A DNA stretch of 47,267 nucleotides from a bacterium. GTDB lineage: Bacteria > Gemmatimonadota > Gemmatimonadetes > Gemmatimonadales > Gemmatimonadaceae. Location: assembly GCA_040005695.1 (NCBI GenBank), contig JBDTYL010000265.1, positions 1-47,267 on the forward strand. The letters run 5' to 3'. The notes beneath the pieces were generated by a model. It searched no databases. It saw only the letters and a list, made by a program, of their open reading frames with translations, and was not told the DNA's origin. This document shows positions 1 through 9,653 of the stretch, one piece after another. Positions within the stretch are counted from its first letter, which is position 1. Every line of letters begins with the position of its first letter. Both the position numbers and the translations under genes were made by a program.

Positions 1-1
1 G

Positions 2-511
2 TTCACGTACGCGGCGTGGGCGGACAAGTACGACGGACTGGTGCACCAGGTGCCGCTGCGCGGCGTGGCGCTGGCGATGAACGAGCCCATCGGCGTGATG
101 GGGCTCGTGTGTCCGGACGAGGTGCCACTGCTCGGCCTCGTGTCACTGATCGGGCCGGCCATCTGCACGGGCAACACGGTGGTGGCGGTGCCGAGCGAGA
201 AGATGCCGCTCGCCGCTACGGATTTCTACCAGGTCCTCGAGACGTCGGACGTGCCGGCGGGCGTGATCAACATCGTCACGGGGGCGAAGGATGCGCTCGC
301 GAAGACCCTGGCAGAGCACGACGACGTGGATGCGGTGTGGTATTTCGGGTCGCGGAGCGGCGTGCGGGGCGTGGAGATGGCGAGCGCGGGCAACATGAAG
401 CGGACGTGGGCGGAATTTGAGGCGCGTTCGTGGGGTGGGGCCGGTGAGGGGCGCGAGTTCCTCCGCGAGGCGACGCAGGTGAAGAATATCTGGATCCCGT
501 ACGGCGAATGA
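2..511 (+). CDS. aldehyde dehydrogenase family protein, C-terminal part (5' end lies outside the window)
   Basis: The frame is open from the window edge (same frame as ORF 41..511). The translation (NEPIGVMGLVCP, VVAVPSEK, NIVTG, ending IWIPYGE) looks like the C-terminal half of an NAD(P)-dependent ALDH-superfamily enzyme. GC3 is high. Confidence 0.75.
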   Translation, partial: FTYAAWADKYDGLVHQVPLRGVALAMNEPIGVMGLVCPDEVPLLGLVSLIGPAICTGNTVVAVPSEKMPLAATDFYQVLETSDVPAGVINIVTGAKDALAKTLAEHDDVDAVWYFGSRSGVRGVEMASAGNMKRTWAEFEARSWGGAGEGREFLREATQVKNIWIPYGE

Positions 512-971
512 CGCCGGTCGTGCGGGGTGTCCCGAGTCACCTCAGCCGGCCTGCTCGCTCCCGCGTGTAGGGAGGTCGCAACAAGGCGTTGCGCGTCGGC
601 GGCAGCTGGTTGCGTGCAGGCCACGGCGGTGCGGCCCTGTAAGGGCCCTCGCGTGCGCCACCTCCGGCGCGGCGGACGCTCCTGCAGAGGGCGCTGCGCC
701 GGAATGATGACAATCGTCGCAAAATGCGTGTGGTTGCCAGACCGGGCGGCGTGATAATACCATTTATGTGACCTGGATCACAGGCGGCTCGCCCCTTGCC
801 TTATGCACCTGGTAGGGAATCGCGCAATTGCCACCGCCTCGCCGGGCCCGTAATGGCCGGCGTGCCGTGGAAGCGACCAGCAGATCGCTTCGCCGCCCCG
901 GTCCATGGCCGCGCCAAACATCTCTGTCTCACGCACCGGAATCACCACCTCACGGCGAAGGGAGCTACGGT

Positions 972-2711
972 GTGACGCAGCAGACCCAGGATTTTTCGCA
1001 TACGTACGCAGCGCCGGCCATGGTCGGCGACCGCGACGCGTGGGAACTGGCTGCGTCCGTCGCCAATGACGGGTTGTGGTACTTCGATGCCGCGGAGTGC
1101 CGGTTGCACCTGGCGCCGCGCACCATGGAACTACTCGGCTATCATGCGTCCGACGCGCAGCCGGGCCACGAGCAGATCGAGCAGCACCTGCATGCGGCCG
1201 ACCGGCCGGTGATGCGGCGTGCGATGACGGAGCTGCTGCGTGGCGACCGCGCGCGGGCGGAGCTGGAGGTGCGGCTGATCACCGTTGGTGGGGAGGCGCG
1301 GTGGACGCGGGTGCGGATCCGCTCGCGTCGGGATGCGAGCGGACGCGTGCTGCTCATCGCGGGGTCGCTCGCGGACATCGATCACACCAAGCGGGGCGAG
1401 CTGGCGCTGCGCGAGGAGTCGCGCCGCGACGTCCTCACGGGCCTGCCCAACCGGCTCGCGCTCGCGCAACGGCTCACGGCGCGCATCGCGCGTGCGGACG
1501 GCGCGCGGCAGCCGGGATTCGCCGTGCTGTACCTCGACCTCGACCGCTTCAAGATCATCAACGACAGCCTGGGCCATGCGACCGGCGACGCGATGCTCAT
1601 CGAGGCGGCGGCGCGCATCGGATCGGTGCTCGGCCCGCAGGACCTCCTGGCGCGCGTGGGGGGCGACGAGTTCGTCGTCGTCCTCGACGAGGTGACGGAC
1701 GAGCACGAGGTGCACCGCATCGCGGGCGCTGTCCACGCGGTCACGCGCCCCGCCATGCCACTTGGTGACCGCGAGGTGCTCACCACACTCAGCATCGGTA
1801 TCCGCGTGAGTGACGCCACGGAGTTGAAGCCCGCAGACCTGCTGCGCGATGCCGACCTCGCGATGTACCAGGCGAAGCGGCACGGCGGCGCGCGCACCGT
1901 GAGCTTCGACGACCAGATGTACCAGGAGATGGTGGCGCGGCACCAGACGCAGTCCGAGCTGCAGCACGCCCTCGTGCGCAACGAGCTGCGCGTGGCGTAC
2001 CAGCCCGTGTTCGACCTCCGCGACCGGCGGCTGCGCGGCTTCGAGGCGCTCGTGCGCTGGCAGCATCCCACGCGTGGCTGCCTGAACGCGACCGCATTCG
2101 TGAGCGAGGCGATGGAGAACGGCTTCATCGTGCAGATCGGCCGGTGGATGCTGAACGAGATCTGCTCGCAGCTCGCGGACTGGCGCGTGACGTACCCCAA
2201 CGCGATGCCGTTCACGGTGACGCTCAACCTGTCGGACCGCGAGGTCATGGATCCGGAATTCGCGGCCGTGGTGGAGGATGCGCTGCGGAAGCACGGCGTG
2301 CCGGCGAACTACCTCACGCTGGAGATGACCGAGGGCGCGATGACGGCCAGCGGCGAGCACACCATCACCGTGCTCCGCCGGCTGCGGAACCAGGGTGTGA
2401 ACATCCAGATGGACGGGTTCGGCCGCGACTCGTCGTCGCTTGCCGCACTGCGCCGGATGCCGGTGAGCGCGATCAAGATCGACCGCTCGTTCGTGGCGGG
2501 GATCGCGACGGACGATGCGTGCCGCGCGATTGTCGCGACGATCAACGGATTCGCCTGCGCCCTCGGCCTCGATGTCATCGCGGAAGGCGTGGAGACGCGC
2601 GCCCAGGCCGACGCACTCGCCGAGATCGGGAATTTCCGCTATGCGCAGGGCCACCATTTCGGGCCGCCCGCGGGCGAACTCGAGGTCGAGGAGCTGCTGC
2701 TCGCCCGCTAG
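972..2711 (+). CDS. PAS-GGDEF-EAL signalling protein (diguanylate cyclase/phosphodiesterase)
   Basis: ORF 828..2711. It carries a PAS-like N-terminus, an intact GGDEF motif (RVGGDEFVVVL) and an EAL motif (FEALVRW) followed by EAL-domain motifs. I place the start at GTG 972 because a GGAG sits 7 nt upstream. The start could be anywhere between 828 and 972. Confidence 0.85.
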   Translation: MTQQTQDFSHTYAAPAMVGDRDAWELAASVANDGLWYFDAAECRLHLAPRTMELLGYHASDAQPGHEQIEQHLHAADRPVMRRAMTELLRGDRARAELEVRLITVGGEARWTRVRIRSRRDASGRVLLIAGSLADIDHTKRGELALREESRRDVLTGLPNRLALAQRLTARIARADGARQPGFAVLYLDLDRFKIINDSLGHATGDAMLIEAAARIGSVLGPQDLLARVGGDEFVVVLDEVTDEHEVHRIAGAVHAVTRPAMPLGDREVLTTLSIGIRVSDATELKPADLLRDADLAMYQAKRHGGARTVSFDDQMYQEMVARHQTQSELQHALVRNELRVAYQPVFDLRDRRLRGFEALVRWQHPTRGCLNATAFVSEAMENGFIVQIGRWMLNEICSQLADWRVTYPNAMPFTVTLNLSDREVMDPEFAAVVEDALRKHGVPANYLTLEMTEGAMTASGEHTITVLRRLRNQGVNIQMDGFGRDSSSLAALRRMPVSAIKIDRSFVAGIATDDACRAIVATINGFACALGLDVIAEGVETRAQADALAEIGNFRYAQGHHFGPPAGELEVEELLLAR

Positions 2712-2733
2712 GCACGCGGTTGGTGGTGGCGCA

Positions 2734-3051
2734 TCACCGCTGCGTCGCCGTCGTCGTGATGCCGAACGTGGCGACGAGGAAGATGAGCACCAGTATGACG
2801 AGGATGAGGCGGCGCCGCTGCCGGCGCGTCGCCGCCCACACCTCCATATCCACATAGTAGGCGCCAGGCGCCACCTCGCGGACAACCGCGCGGTCACGCA
2901 GCCGGCGCCAGGCGATGCCGTCGGCATCGATTCCGACCCCGCCGAGATCGTCGAGAGTACGGGCGGAAGCCGGCGACGTGGCGCCGGCGCGCTGGAGCGC
3001 CTCGACCATGTGCCGTTCCTTGATCAGGATGACCGCGACTGCTCCGCCCAT
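2734..3051 (-). CDS. hypothetical small protein with a C-terminal transmembrane anchor
   Basis: This is the C-terminal 105 codons of ORF 2734..3474, starting at ATG 3051. It has a soluble N-terminal part, an RRQRRR stretch, then the hydrophobic LILVILVLIFLVATFGI. The upstream part of the ORF is Arg/Pro-rich shadow sequence. I recognise no family. Confidence 0.4.
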   Translation of the reverse strand: MGGAVAVILIKERHMVEALQRAGATSPASARTLDDLGGVGIDADGIAWRRLRDRAVVREVAPGAYYVDMEVWAATRRQRRRLILVILVLIFLVATFGITTTATQR

Positions 3052-3335
3052 GTCCCGCTCCTCGCCGAGGAATGCCCGCACGCCAGCTCGTGCGATGGGC
3101 GGGACGAATATGGAACGGCGCGCGCGGTAACGCGACCGTGCGCAGCTTCGCTGAACCCGGTCGGAAAGGCATGCGCGCGGTTCTCCTTGAAGGCAGAGCC
3201 AACAGGCGTCAAGGATCAGCGGCGCTGGGACAACGGCCCGGTTGGCTATTGCGCTGGGCCCGGTGACGCTCGATTTTGCGCGATCGTCAAACCAATCGGG
3301 TTGCGCATCAATATCCGCCGACTTCCCCGCCTCGC

Positions 3336-6143
3336 ATGACCAAGGACGCCCTTCGCGATGGCATCCTCGAGCACACGCCCACGCGTCGTGTAGACCTCCC
3401 CCTTCACGAGGACGTCCGGCGTCTCGCCGCCGCGCTCGGCCGCGTGATCCGGCGCCTCGAGGGCGAGGCGGCATTCCAGACCGTGGAGACGCTTCGCCGT
3501 GCCGCCCGTTCGCGACGACATGGCGACGCGAGCGCAGCTTCCCTCGCCGAGCTACTCGAGCAAGTCGAGGCGCTCCCGCTGTCGCTCAGCGCGACCGCTG
3601 CGCGCGCGTTCACCCTGTTCTTCCTCCTCATCAACACCGCGGAGCAGGTGCACCGCGTGCGGCGCACACGCACGTACGCGCGCGATGCGGACGCCGCACC
3701 GCAGCCGGCGTCTGCGCGATGGACCATGCGGCAGTTGCGCGACGGTGGCCATTCCGCCGATGAGGTGATGGACGCGATCTCGCGACTGGACGTCCGCCCC
3801 GTCCTCACGGCTCATCCCACGGAGTCCACTCGGCGCACGCTCCTCGCGCTGCAGGCCCGCGTCGCGGACCTCCTCCTCGGCTGGGAATCGACGGCGCACG
3901 CGGAGCGGCGCGCGATGGAGGACCGGCTCGACGGCGAGATCGAGCTGCTGTGGCTCACGGCGGAAGTGCGCAGCGACCGGCCCACGGTGCTCGACGAGGT
4001 GAGCACGGGCCTCTGGTATCTCGAGACGCGCCTCATCGATGCCAGCGCCTCCGCGCGCGACGCGCTCATCCGCGCGTTCGAGGATGAATTCGGCGCCACG
4101 GGCGATGCACTGCGCATCCCCGTTCCCATCCGCCTCGGCAACTGGGTGGGCGGCGATCGCGATGGCAATCCCAACGTCACGCCCGCCACCACGATCGCCG
4201 CTGCGCGCCGCGCGAGTCACGTGATCCTCGGCCGCTACGGGCGCGCCCTCGCCGACCTCACCGAGCGGCTCTCCCTGTCGGCACAGCTCGCGCCGCCGCC
4301 AGAGGCGCTCGTCGCATCGCTCGTGGAGAACCGCCTCCTCCTGCCCGACGTATGGGCCACGAATCGACGCCGCAATGAATCGGAGCCGGTGCGACTCGCG
4401 CTCAGCTTCATGGCGGCGCGCATCGCGGCCACGCGACGCCTCGTCGCCGCGCACGATGCCGGCGTCATCCGGGCGGAGCCCGCAGCATACGCCGATGCCG
4501 GCGCATTCCAGGCGGACCTGCTGCTCGTGCGGGGCAGCCTCCTCTCCGCCGGCGCAGTCGAGGCATGCCGCACGGTGCTGGACCCCATCATCGCCGTGGT
4601 CCGTGCGCTCGGCTTCCACGGATTCATGATGGACGTGCGCGACCACGCCGACGTCCATCGCGCCGCGCTCGACGAGGTGGCGAGCCTGCTCGGTCTCCCC
4701 GCCCTCGACGCCGCCGCGATGCGCGCGGAGCTCGGCGGACGTCGCCCACTCATTGGCGCGCACCTGCCCGTGTCCGACGCCACACGGCGCGTGCTCGACA
4801 CCTTCCGAGCCATTCGCACCATCCAGGACGAGTCCGGCGCACCGGCTGCGTCCACCTACATCGTGTCGATGGCGCGCGAACCGGAAGACCTGCTGCGCGT
4901 GCTCCTGTTCGCGCGCGAGACCGGCCTCGCCGACCTCGCCGCGGATACGCCGGTGTCGCGCCTCGACGTGGTGCCGCTGTTCGAGACGCTCGAGGATCTC
5001 GACCGGGCGCCGGCGGTGATGCGCGAGTTGCTTGCGGATCCCACGTACCGCCGCCAGATCGTCGCGCGCGGCAACCGGCAGGAAGTGATGCTCGGCTACT
5101 CCGACTCCGCGAAGGATGCGGGGCTGCTGACGGCGTCATGGGCACTTTACCGCGCACAGGAGGCGCTGGCCGAAGTGTTCCGGCAGGCGAACGTGGAACT
5201 CGTGCTGTTCCACGGCCGCGGCGGCGGCGTGGGTCGCGGGGGCGGTTCGCCCGTCTATCGCGCGCTCTCCGCGTTGCCCCCAGCCACCATCGACGGACGC
5301 ATCAAGATCACCGAGCAGGGCGAGATCATCTCGCAGCAGTTCGGCCTGCTCTCGATTGCCGAGCGGACGTTCGAGGTGACGGTGTCGGGGGTGTTGCTGC
5401 ACGGCTTCACCGATTGGCGCCGGTCGCAGGATGCGGGCGACGTTGCGCGGTTCCGCGAGATCGTGGGTTCGCTCGCCGAGCAGTCGTATGCGTTCTATCA
5501 CGACCTCGTGCACGAGCGGCCGGAACTGTTCACGCTTTTTCGCACGGCGACGCCCATCGCCGAACTGGCCGACGCACGATTCGGTTCGCGTCCCGCCTAC
5601 CGGCCGGGCGCCGACGCCGGCATGGCGGGCATCCGCGCCATACCGTGGGCTTTTGGGTGGACACAGATCCGACTCATGCTCACGGGCTGGCTGGGCGTGG
5701 GCACGGCGCTGGAGGCGGTGTGCCGCACGGAAACAGGACTGCGCGAGCTCCGCCACATGGCGCATGCGTGGCCGTTCTTCGACGACTTCCTCGCCAAGGT
5801 CGAGATGGTCTGCGCCAAGACCGACCTCGAGATCGCGCGCACCTATGTCGAGCAGCTCGGTGGCGACGTGGAGCTGCTCGCCGTGCTCGAGGCGGAATAC
5901 CAGCGCACCGTGTCGTGCCTGCTGCGCATCCGCGAGGCGACGGAGCTCGTGGCCGACGTGCCCGTGCTGCGCGCGGCCATCGCGCTTCGCAATCCGTACG
6001 TGGATCCGCTGTCGCTGCTCCAGATCGCGCTGCTGCGCCGCAAGCGCGCGCTGCCCGCCGACAGTGATGAGCGCGCGCTCGTCGAGGAAATCCTCTCGAC
6101 GACACTCAGCGGCATTGCGCAGGGGTTGCGCAATACCGGCTGA
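3336..6143 (+). CDS. ppc: phosphoenolpyruvate carboxylase
   Basis: Hallmark motifs are present: VLTAHPTESTRRT, GYSDSAKDAG and the C-terminal GLRNTG. I trimmed the start to ATG 3336 (MTKDAL), since the preceding 20 codons look non-coding. The product is about 935 aa. Confidence 0.95.
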   Translation: MTKDALRDGILEHTPTRRVDLPLHEDVRRLAAALGRVIRRLEGEAAFQTVETLRRAARSRRHGDASAASLAELLEQVEALPLSLSATAARAFTLFFLLINTAEQVHRVRRTRTYARDADAAPQPASARWTMRQLRDGGHSADEVMDAISRLDVRPVLTAHPTESTRRTLLALQARVADLLLGWESTAHAERRAMEDRLDGEIELLWLTAEVRSDRPTVLDEVSTGLWYLETRLIDASASARDALIRAFEDEFGATGDALRIPVPIRLGNWVGGDRDGNPNVTPATTIAAARRASHVILGRYGRALADLTERLSLSAQLAPPPEALVASLVENRLLLPDVWATNRRRNESEPVRLALSFMAARIAATRRLVAAHDAGVIRAEPAAYADAGAFQADLLLVRGSLLSAGAVEACRTVLDPIIAVVRALGFHGFMMDVRDHADVHRAALDEVASLLGLPALDAAAMRAELGGRRPLIGAHLPVSDATRRVLDTFRAIRTIQDESGAPAASTYIVSMAREPEDLLRVLLFARETGLADLAADTPVSRLDVVPLFETLEDLDRAPAVMRELLADPTYRRQIVARGNRQEVMLGYSDSAKDAGLLTASWALYRAQEALAEVFRQANVELVLFHGRGGGVGRGGGSPVYRALSALPPATIDGRIKITEQGEIISQQFGLLSIAERTFEVTVSGVLLHGFTDWRRSQDAGDVARFREIVGSLAEQSYAFYHDLVHERPELFTLFRTATPIAELADARFGSRPAYRPGADAGMAGIRAIPWAFGWTQIRLMLTGWLGVGTALEAVCRTETGLRELRHMAHAWPFFDDFLAKVEMVCAKTDLEIARTYVEQLGGDVELLAVLEAEYQRTVSCLLRIREATELVADVPVLRAAIALRNPYVDPLSLLQIALLRRKRALPADSDERALVEEILSTTLSGIAQGLRNTG

Positions 6144-6971
6144 TCAGGCCATGGCTCCGCTGAGCGTGGGCTGCACCGCGAGGTCCGCGAGGAACGGGTA
6201 CTCGGTGCGGATGGTGTTCACCCGCAGTGATGAAACATCGGCCACGGCCGGCGAGGCCACCGCGGTGCGCTGCACCACCGGAAGTCCCCACGGATCATAG
6301 GCCGCGGAACCGCCGTCGTACTGGATGCCGCCGGCGATGCCGGTGCGGTTCACGCCGATGACGTACGCCTGGTTCTCGATCGCGCGCGCCGGCAGCAGCG
6401 CATCCCAGTGCGGGCGGCGCGCCGCCGGCCAGTTCGCGATCACGACCATCACGTCGCAGTAGGGTGCCGCGGCACGGAACAGTTCCGGGAAGCGGAGGTC
6501 GTAGCAGACGAACGGGCTCACGCGCACACCGTCGATGTCCACCACGGCGGGCATGGCGCCCGCGCGATAGTGGTCGTCTTCATGCGCGAAGCCGAACAGC
6601 CGCTGCTTGGCGTAGGTCAGCGCGAGGGCGCCTTCCGGATTGAATACCGCGGCGGCGTTGACGTACCCGGTCTCGGTGCGCAGCGCGACGCCTGCCATCA
6701 GCCACACGTCGTGCACGGCGGCGAGTGTGCCGAGCCGCGCGATGGACGTGCCGTCGAGCCCTTCTGCCCACCGTTCCGGTTCCATGGTGAAGCCGGTGGT
6801 GCACATCTCGGGCAGCACCACGAGGCGCGCGCCGGTGGACGCGGCCCGCGCGACGCACACGCCCGCACGGTCCAGCGAGCCTTCCGGCTGCTGCCACCCC
6901 GTGTCGTACTCGCCGAGCGCGACGCGAAGCGTGGCGTGGCCGCGGTGAATGCCGGGCGCCGGCGCGATCAT
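6144..6971 (-). CDS. carbon-nitrogen hydrolase family protein (omega-amidase/nitrilase-like)
   Basis: The C-N hydrolase Glu-Lys-Cys triad context is present: VVLPEM, YAKQRLF, FVCYDLRFPE. Its start overlaps the stop of the upstream aminotransferase by 4 nt (ATGA). Its stop abuts the ppc stop. Confidence 0.85.
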   Translation of the reverse strand: MIAPAPGIHRGHATLRVALGEYDTGWQQPEGSLDRAGVCVARAASTGARLVVLPEMCTTGFTMEPERWAEGLDGTSIARLGTLAAVHDVWLMAGVALRTETGYVNAAAVFNPEGALALTYAKQRLFGFAHEDDHYRAGAMPAVVDIDGVRVSPFVCYDLRFPELFRAAAPYCDVMVVIANWPAARRPHWDALLPARAIENQAYVIGVNRTGIAGGIQYDGGSAAYDPWGLPVVQRTAVASPAVADVSSLRVNTIRTEYPFLADLAVQPTLSGAMA

Positions 6972-8179
6972 AACAGCGCCTCGCGCAGCTTGATGCTGCC
7001 TTCGCGCACCATGGCGGTGTCACAGCTGAACGAGAAGCGCAGCGCATCGGGGTAGCTCGGCCCGAAGGCGTCGCCGGGCGCACTGCCAATGCCGTCGTCC
7101 GCGAGCGAGGCGCACAGTGCGTCGGCGTCGGCGACTTCCAGGCGGTCGTATACGGACGGGTCTATGTTCGCCCAGATGAAGAACGTGCCGCGCGGCACGA
7201 ATGGAGAGACGCCCGGGATGTCGCGCAGCGCGTTGAGCATGATGTCGCGACGCACCTTGTACTCGTCACGCATGGCGAGTGTGCTCGCGCTGCTGCCCTG
7301 TACCGCGGCGAGTGCGGCCCATTGGGTGATGCTGTTCACGCCGTTGATGGTGCAGCGCAGCAGCTTCGGCAGGCGGTCCTGCAGCAGCGGCGCACGCGTG
7401 ATCACGTAGCCGGCGCGCAGCCCGCTCATCGCGTGGCTCTTGGAGAAGGAGAAGATGCTCACGACGCGGTCGTCGCCCTCGTCGGCCAGGCTGCCGATGG
7501 ACACGTGCTCGTGCGGCTCGAACACGAGGTCCTCGTACGCCTCGTCGGACACGATCCACAGGTTGTGCCGTCGCGCCACGTCATAGATCGCGCGCAGTGC
7601 GTCGCGCGAGAGCACGGCGCCGGTCGGATTGTGCGGCGTATTGAGGAAGATCGCCGTGGTGCGCGGCGTGATGGCGGTCTCGATGTCGGCGGCGCGGTAC
7701 GCGAAGCCCTCTTCGGCCGACAGTCGCACGCCCACCGCCACGCCCCCGGCGAGGCGGATGTTCTCCGCCACCTCGGTCCACATCGGATCGGGGATGATCA
7801 CTTGGTCGCCCTGGTTGAGCAGCGCGCCGAAGACGACGTACAGCGCGTGCATGGCGCCGTTGGTCACGAACACGTCGTTGCTCGTCACGCCCGCGAGGCC
7901 GTTGCGTACCCGGGTCTTCTCGGCGAGCGCGGCGCGCAGCTCGGGGATGCCGTTGTTCGGTACGTAATGCGTCTTGCCGGCGTACGTCGCCGCGACCACT
8001 GCCTCGGACACATGCGCCGCCGGCGCGAAGCTCGGGTCTCCCGATTCGAATCGGTACACGAGCTTGCCCGCTGCCTGCGCGGCGAGCAGCCGCTCGCGGA
8101 TCTGCACGATCTTGCCGAGCGAGACGAAATCGAGCGGGTGCGTGGCGGCGAGGGGCGAGTGCTCGGCAGACCGGGTCAT
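6968..8179 (-). CDS. pyridoxal-phosphate-dependent aminotransferase, class I/II
   Basis: 403 aa. It has the PLP-lysine motif SFSKSHAMSGLRAGY, NPTG and overall AspAT-like architecture. It is coupled to the C-N hydrolase gene downstream. Confidence 0.9.
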   Translation of the reverse strand: MTRSAEHSPLAATHPLDFVSLGKIVQIRERLLAAQAAGKLVYRFESGDPSFAPAAHVSEAVVAATYAGKTHYVPNNGIPELRAALAEKTRVRNGLAGVTSNDVFVTNGAMHALYVVFGALLNQGDQVIIPDPMWTEVAENIRLAGGVAVGVRLSAEEGFAYRAADIETAITPRTTAIFLNTPHNPTGAVLSRDALRAIYDVARRHNLWIVSDEAYEDLVFEPHEHVSIGSLADEGDDRVVSIFSFSKSHAMSGLRAGYVITRAPLLQDRLPKLLRCTINGVNSITQWAALAAVQGSSASTLAMRDEYKVRRDIMLNALRDIPGVSPFVPRGTFFIWANIDPSVYDRLEVADADALCASLADDGIGSAPGDAFGPSYPDALRFSFSCDTAMVREGSIKLREALL

Positions 8180-8631
8180 CGGGCTCGGGGTTCGGGTTGT
8201 GGCCTAGTGTAACGCTTTCCGTGCTTCGATTGCAACGATCTTGTGCATTTTGTCTACAGAACTGGCAAAATGAATTCGGGTGTTGTCGTTTTTGTGCGAT
8301 CTTCACAATGTTGCCGAGCCAATTGGCATGTGGCAACCGAAACGGATGCAGCCTGTGCCGTTCGTCGTGCTGAAATCGCGTTCGGATCTGCATGAAGCTC
8401 ATCACGTGGATCGTCCGGTCCGAGCGGCACCAACCCCTGAAGGGCGCCCTCTTCGCAGTCGGCGTCACGGGAATGACCCTGTCGCGCGCGCGGGCATGGA
8501 GGCGAGCAGGAAGTCGTGGAGCACTATCGCGGCTCGGCGCTCGCCGGCGCGGCCGGGCACGGTGTGGTGCTCATCCGGCCGCGCGTTGCGCAGGAGAAGC
8601 GCGGCGCGGCCTGATCCCGGTGGCGATCGGG

Positions 8632-8964
8632 TCAGCCCGTGTGGTCGCCGCTGAAGTAGGAGTCGATGCAGCCGGTGATGAATCGCTCGAATGCCTTCCG
8701 GCGGCGATCGGGCTGCACGGTGTCAGGCAGCGGCGTGTGATCGAACAGCTGCTTGATCGCGATGAGCATCTTCTCCGGCGGGAGTCCGAGTCCCTTCGCC
8801 TCGGTGCACACGCGGTTCGTGACCGAGCGCAACGCCGCCTCCGCGCGGGCATCCGGCCCTGGCGAAGCGAGGTAGTTGCCGAGCGCGGCGCCGATATCGC
8901 TCGCGAGCCCGGGCGAGAACGTGTGCGCGGACAGTCCGTCGTCCATGGGTGCCTGATGGACCAT
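8632..8964 (-). CDS. small hypothetical protein, paralog A (about 110 aa)
   Basis: This is the C-terminal part of ORF 8632..9297, from ATG 8964 (alternative ATG 8946). It is clearly alignable to the divergent product 9083..9388, sharing AIKQLF, AF..F...C.D.Y..G and SP...Y.S. No family recognised. Confidence 0.5.
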   Translation of the reverse strand: MVHQAPMDDGLSAHTFSPGLASDIGAALGNYLASPGPDARAEAALRSVTNRVCTEAKGLGLPPEKMLIAIKQLFDHTPLPDTVQPDRRRKAFERFITGCIDSYFSGDHTG

Positions 8965-9082
8965 CGGGAAACTCCTGCGCGATGGGCGCGGGCCGCACAT
9001 CGTGCGTGGATACATTACAGTCAAGTCCGTTGCCCTGCCACGGGAACCTGACGAGCGGCGCGCCGCCGGCACAGATTGCAGC

Positions 9083-9388
9083 ATGCCACCAGCTGCATCG
9101 CCGTTCGAGCTCTCCCCCGACAGTCGCACCGAGGTTGCGCTGGCGATCGCCGCGTACGCCTCCTCGCGTGCCGTCGATGGCAATGCGCGCATGCGCCTGG
9201 CGGCGACCCGCGTGTCGGCCGAGGCGCTGCGCGCGGACGTGGACCGTGCGCAGATGGTCCAGGCAATCAAGCAGCTCTTCGAGCGCGCGCCCCGCATCTC
9301 CGGCGATGTCCAGAAGCGCGTGGAGGCGTTCGACTATTTCGTGGCGCAGTGCGTCGACGCGTACGTCGCCGGCGGTGGCGCACGCTGA
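9083..9388 (+). CDS. small hypothetical protein, paralog B (about 101 aa)
   Basis: This is the part of ORF 9002..9388 from ATG 9083 (MPPAASPFELSP). It is a paralog of 8632..8964 and is transcribed divergently from it, 118 nt apart. Confidence 0.5.
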   Translation: MPPAASPFELSPDSRTEVALAIAAYASSRAVDGNARMRLAATRVSAEALRADVDRAQMVQAIKQLFERAPRISGDVQKRVEAFDYFVAQCVDAYVAGGGAR

Positions 9389-9653
9389 CGCGTGTCATGC
9401 CGCATGCTCCGCAAAGATTCCACTAAGAAGGGCGGCACGAACTTTCTTTTTGGTTGCCGATGCTGAAGGTTGTAATCGCGTCTTCCTGCGCTGGTGGGCG
9501 ACAGGCGACGGCTTTACGGACCCGTCGGCACCCTGGTGCCGGCGGGTTCGTGGCATGTACGCGCCTCGCGCCGACAACCGCCGACGAGCCGGTGGACCAC
9601 GGGTCATCGCATGTGCGGCGATCGCGCGCCGCAGAGCACGAAACGCGCGAACG

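Noticed and set aside
1131-2927. A 598-aa minus-strand ORF. Similar long antisense ORFs are 20276..21796 (-), 35072..36844 (+), 38693..40915 (+), 41939..43360 (+), 44164..46176 (+), 16602..18023 (+), 12075..13583 (+) and 33274..34344 (+).
   Set aside because: Each lies opposite a gene with strong family motifs. Each has a low-complexity Arg/Ala/Gly/His composition and lacks any motif I recognise. I treat them as stop-codon-poor shadow frames of a GC-rich genome.
8292-8308. A CRP/FNR-like palindrome, TTGTGCGATCTTCACAA.
   Set aside because: The half-site spacing is TTGTG-N7-CACAA (GTG-N9-CAC). This matches neither TGTGA-N6-TCACA nor TTGAT-N4-ATCAA. It is kept only as a generic palindrome in the intergenic finding.
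8477-8614. A short protein-like frame (EQEVVEHYRGSALAGAAGHGVVLIRPRVAQEKRGAA).
   Set aside because: It has only about 45 codons between stops, no ATG and no SD sequence. It may be a gene remnant, but there is not enough evidence to call it.
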